NCBI GenBank assembly: GCA_009914755.4
Contig: CP086569.2
Coordinates: forward strand, 19,552,001 to 19,616,000
Length of the DNA stretch: 64,000 nt
DNA from: the human T2T-CHM13v2.0 reference genome, Homo sapiens
Reading direction: 5' to 3'
How positions within the stretch are numbered: the first letter of the stretch is position 1; each line of letters opens with the position of its first letter. The position numbers were made by a program, and so were the translations under genes. Below the pieces are notes generated by a model that was not told the DNA's origin, ran no database searches, and saw nothing but the letters and a program-made list of their open reading frames with translations. Shown here piece after piece: positions 62,637-64,000 of this stretch.

Positions 62637-64000
62637 GTGGTATTTACAAATATTTTACTGTGTAACTATTTCCTGCAGCTATTAGTAGGTTGGTTCAAGA
62701 TCCAGGAATGAGATGATACAATTGAGCTAACAAGGTCCCAGAAAAGCAATAGGAATTGTGGTAAAGAGTGCAAAGAAAAAGAAGGGTGGCCCTTGAAATA
62801 TGTACACAGATTTGCTTCCTCTGGGACAAGTGGAAAAGGAAGAGTGTCAGAGGTGAACAGTCAAGTTGGGATTAAGAGAAACACACCCTAAATAAGCTCC
62901 CATCTTCTCAGGCAGATTAGAGCATTAGATCATGGGTTTTAGGAGCAGCTTAGAGGTACAGAGTAGCTCATGGGAGTAACAGAAGAACAGCTCTTTAAAA
63001 CAGAGAGGACTGATCACTTGTATTGAGGGCCCAGCTGTAGTTGAGGGAGCCTGAAATTAAATGAGACCAAACCATGTGCTTGTAGGTGAGTTTATTTTTT
63101 ATTTTTATTTTTTGGCAGGTCTGGGGAGAAATTGTAAGCATCTGTCTCTTCTGCACTTTTCAGTGAGGCTGGAAAGATGGAGATGTTGAAGGACTGGAGC
63201 TTTGCAGAGCCTAACTTACTTGATGTGAGAATGGCAGCCTATTTAACTGCAGATTCTGGGCTTATCTTGCATGGTGAAGGGAAGCAGAGGAGAGGGCAAG
63301 TAACTGCTACACCATGGAGAAAGTGAGGGTTAAGTAGCTGTCTCAGGGATCAAGAACTAGATCCAAAGAGACTGGCAGGTGGAATTATAACAATTGTCCA
63401 AGAGTAGAGAATTGCAGGACTAGGTTTCAGGTGGAAACTGGAAACAAAATGCACTGTGCTGCCATTGGATGGAGCCATGGAAATGAGGAGAGTTCAAGGT
63501 CTCTGGGGTAAAGGAGTCATCAGGGCTGCAATTGTCATCCATGTGGCCTTTTGATCTGGTCATCCCGGGAGTAAACGGACAAGAGAAGGTGAGGATGAGC
63601 AGTGGCAGGGATTCTATGTTGGCAAGTGGGAGTGAATCTTTTTTTTCTTAAGAAAGCATATTCTGTTTCTGAGGGTATGTCTTAGACCACACTGGATTTA
63701 CAGCAGTATTTTTGGCCTACATCGTGAACTGCTTCTCCCAGATGTCAAAAGTAGCAAGGCTTTACCCTAGCATCAAGTCTTGCTTGGGGCTTCTCAATGA
63801 GACCTAGTCATTTAATGCAAGGGCGCACCCTCTACAAATCTGTATAACATTCCTGGGAATTGGGCTTGCTCCAGCTATAAAAATGAGTTTTGGAAGCACA
63901 GTTTTTTGAGATGTTTGGATTGTGTTTAGACTAATAAATTCATCTGCAAGATAGGTGACTGACTAGATTCCTGTTTATTTAACTGTGAGTATCTGAAGGC

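Larger units (their letters stand above)
54215..63885. repeat. Tandem segmental duplication, unit 2. It lacks the Alu at the position of 40826-41134, and lacks provirus 2 plus ~870 bp of its 5' flank
   Basis: See unit 1. Downstream of 63885 the sequence (gttttggaagcacagtttttt...) is unique. Confidence 0.85.

Overview
This 64-kb window is human (or ape) repeat-rich genomic DNA, not a prokaryotic locus. Its backbone is a diverged, non-processed paralogous copy of the Xp22.2 gene block RAB9A - TRAPPC2 - OFD1. A RAB9A-like single-exon pseudo-CDS lies on the + strand at 4.1-4.8 kb. A TRAPPC2-like exon lies on the - strand at 10.4-10.7 kb. A GC-rich CpG-type bidirectional promoter sits at ~27.8-28.5 kb. 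At least eight OFD1-like exons are scattered on the + strand from 28.5 kb to 62.6 kb. All three genes carry frameshifts, premature stops or broken splice sites, so they are pseudogenes. This X-homologous, decayed block is what X-degenerate Y-chromosome copies (the OFD1P..Y, TRAPPC2P and RAB9AP families) look like, but the chromosome assignment is inference. Two old HERV-K-type (betaretrovirus-like, Lys-PBS) proviruses of the same family, with ~585-bp LTRs, have inserted. One is upstream of the promoter at 20,938-26,843, with a 5-bp target-site duplication GCTAC. The other is in OFD1-like intron 7 at 47,907-52,349. Their internal deletions are complementary: the first keeps gag-pro-partial pol-env TM, the second keeps gag-env only. 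The distal ~25 kb is a ~15-kb tandem segmental duplication (unit 1 ~39,125-54,061; unit 2 ~54,215-63,885; ~85-88% identity). The breakpoint carries a ~150-bp templated insertion copied from inside the unit. Unit 2 has lost provirus 2 plus ~870 bp of 5' flank through a microhomology-bounded deletion, leaving a 139-bp LTR stub. The rest is ordinary primate repeat content: many Alus, several L1 3'-end fragments, microsatellites and a three-copy LTR-like repeat. I see no CRISPR, operon or other prokaryotic features. Most six-frame ORFs are translations of repeats, microsatellites or GC-rich promoter sequence.
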